Shown here piece after piece: positions 63,171-64,000 of a DNA stretch of 64,000 nt. This stretch comes from a virus (taxonomy: Duplodnaviria > Caudoviricetes), in the IMG/VR virus record IMGVR_UViG_3300024246_000002, positions 610-64,609 of that record; one strand, 5' to 3'. How positions within the stretch are numbered: position 1 is the first letter of the stretch; every line of letters begins with the position of its first letter. The notes under the pieces were generated by a model, which searched no databases, was not told where the DNA came from, and was given only the letters and a program-made list of their open reading frames with translations. A program made the translations under genes and the position numbers.

Positions 63171-64000
63171 TGAGACGGACGATTCTTCTATTGCTGATGC
63201 TCGCGTGGGCTGCTGGCGCGAGCGCTCAGAACGATTTCACAACCACGCCGAATCTTGGACTCAAGAAGCCGAAGATTGGCTCCACGAACGGTGGAATCTA
63301 CATCAACCAGGATTTCGACACCCTAGACGCGGCGATCGGCGTCTTCCACGGCGGGTTCGTCTCGGTCCCGTTCAGCGCCACTCCCGTATTCGACCTGACC
63401 AAAGGGAACACGTTCGCTATCACGTTGAGTGGGAACGTCACTTCGTCTACGGTGAATCAACCCGGAATCAAATCCGGCCAGATCCTCTACCTGATTGCGT
63501 GCCAGAATGCCACGGGCGGATTCACCTTCGCGTTCCCTTCCAACTTCCAGTCTCCCTCGCCTGTGACAGTCTCGCCGAACGCCAACGTCTGCTCGGCTTC
63601 GACGTGGGTGTGGGACGGTCTTGTCGGCAAGTGGATTAACGTCAATTCCAACGGCGCGGGAGCAGGCGTGGGCGCGCCCTTGCCGTTCTCGACGGTAGCA
63701 TTCAGCGCGACTCCCTCCTTCTCTGGGACGCTCAATGCCGCCTACGGAATCACTCTCACCGGAAACGTCACGTCGTCGAGTGTGAGTGGGACACCCGTGA
63801 ACGGCGTCGTGATGAAGCTCCACATCTGCCAAGGGGCAGGTTCGCCATGGACGTTCGCATTCCCCGCTAATTTCCTCAATACGACAGCGATTCAGACAAC
63901 GGGCTGCACCGATGAGACGTTCAGCTTCGACGGGACAAATTGGAGTCAACTAACTCAACCCGCAGGTGGAGGTGGTGGCGGCGGGAATTGTTCCTCATCT
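63167..64000 (+). CDS. Signal-peptide fibre-like protein, 3'-truncated, with two tandem ~60-aa repeats
   Basis: MMRRTILLLLMLAWAAGASAQ; TTPNLGLKKP; repeats (V.FSATP.F...ITL.GNVTSS...CQ...FAFP.NF); open to the window end. Confidence 0.7.
   Translation, partial: MMRRTILLLLMLAWAAGASAQNDFTTTPNLGLKKPKIGSTNGGIYINQDFDTLDAAIGVFHGGFVSVPFSATPVFDLTKGNTFAITLSGNVTSSTVNQPGIKSGQILYLIACQNATGGFTFAFPSNFQSPSPVTVSPNANVCSASTWVWDGLVGKWINVNSNGAGAGVGAPLPFSTVAFSATPSFSGTLNAAYGITLTGNVTSSSVSGTPVNGVVMKLHICQGAGSPWTFAFPANFLNTTAIQTTGCTDETFSFDGTNWSQLTQPAGGGGGGGNCSSS

Noticed and set aside
63900-64000. Direct circular join of the window end to the window start
   Set aside because: The 63167 frame ends on a codon boundary at 64000 while the first ORF is in frame from base 2, and there is no sequence overlap, so sequence is missing between them.
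1-64000. Stop-codon reassignment
   Set aside because: Core genes read through fully in code 11 and all three stops are used at coupled gene junctions; the terL break is not a single in-frame stop.

Overview
The whole window reads as one tailed dsDNA bacteriophage genome (Caudoviricetes) with no host genes. It starts and ends inside fibre/adhesin-like genes, so the genome is longer than 64 kb or is circularly permuted here. The architecture is podovirus-like: portal, scaffold, major capsid, adaptor rings, a P22 gp10/T7 gp12-type tail nozzle, a GNAT gene and three ejection-type proteins, with no tape-measure or sheath gene. Layout: (1) rightward tail/ejection/lysis genes at 1-18.6 kb; (2) a leftward early/replication arm at 18.7-37 kb with DNA methyltransferases, a prokaryotic E2/UBC-like protein, a UDG-PolA fusion, a PIF1-like helicase, an HNH, an SSB, a Sak4-like ATPase and a PD-(D/E)XK nuclease; (3) a rightward AAA+ helicase, small leftward early genes and a candidate origin/terminus region at 37-42 kb; (4) rightward packaging and head genes at 42-64 kb. 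No integrase, tRNA or CRISPR array was seen. An Acidobacteriota-like host is inferred from domain style only. The most notable observations are: an ORF-less group I intron in the major capsid gene; a large terminase split into ATPase and nuclease genes, with a LAGLIDADG gene and a glycosyltransferase-methyltransferase gene between them; a C5 methyltransferase whose motif IX lies in a nested +1-frame ORF with its own RBS; several Cys-rich fibre-like proteins with Sec signal peptides; a Tat-lipoprotein/papain-like cassette; a stand-alone E2-like gene; and a PolA with a Glu-to-His change at the steric gate. All calls come from reading motifs by eye; no database search was run.
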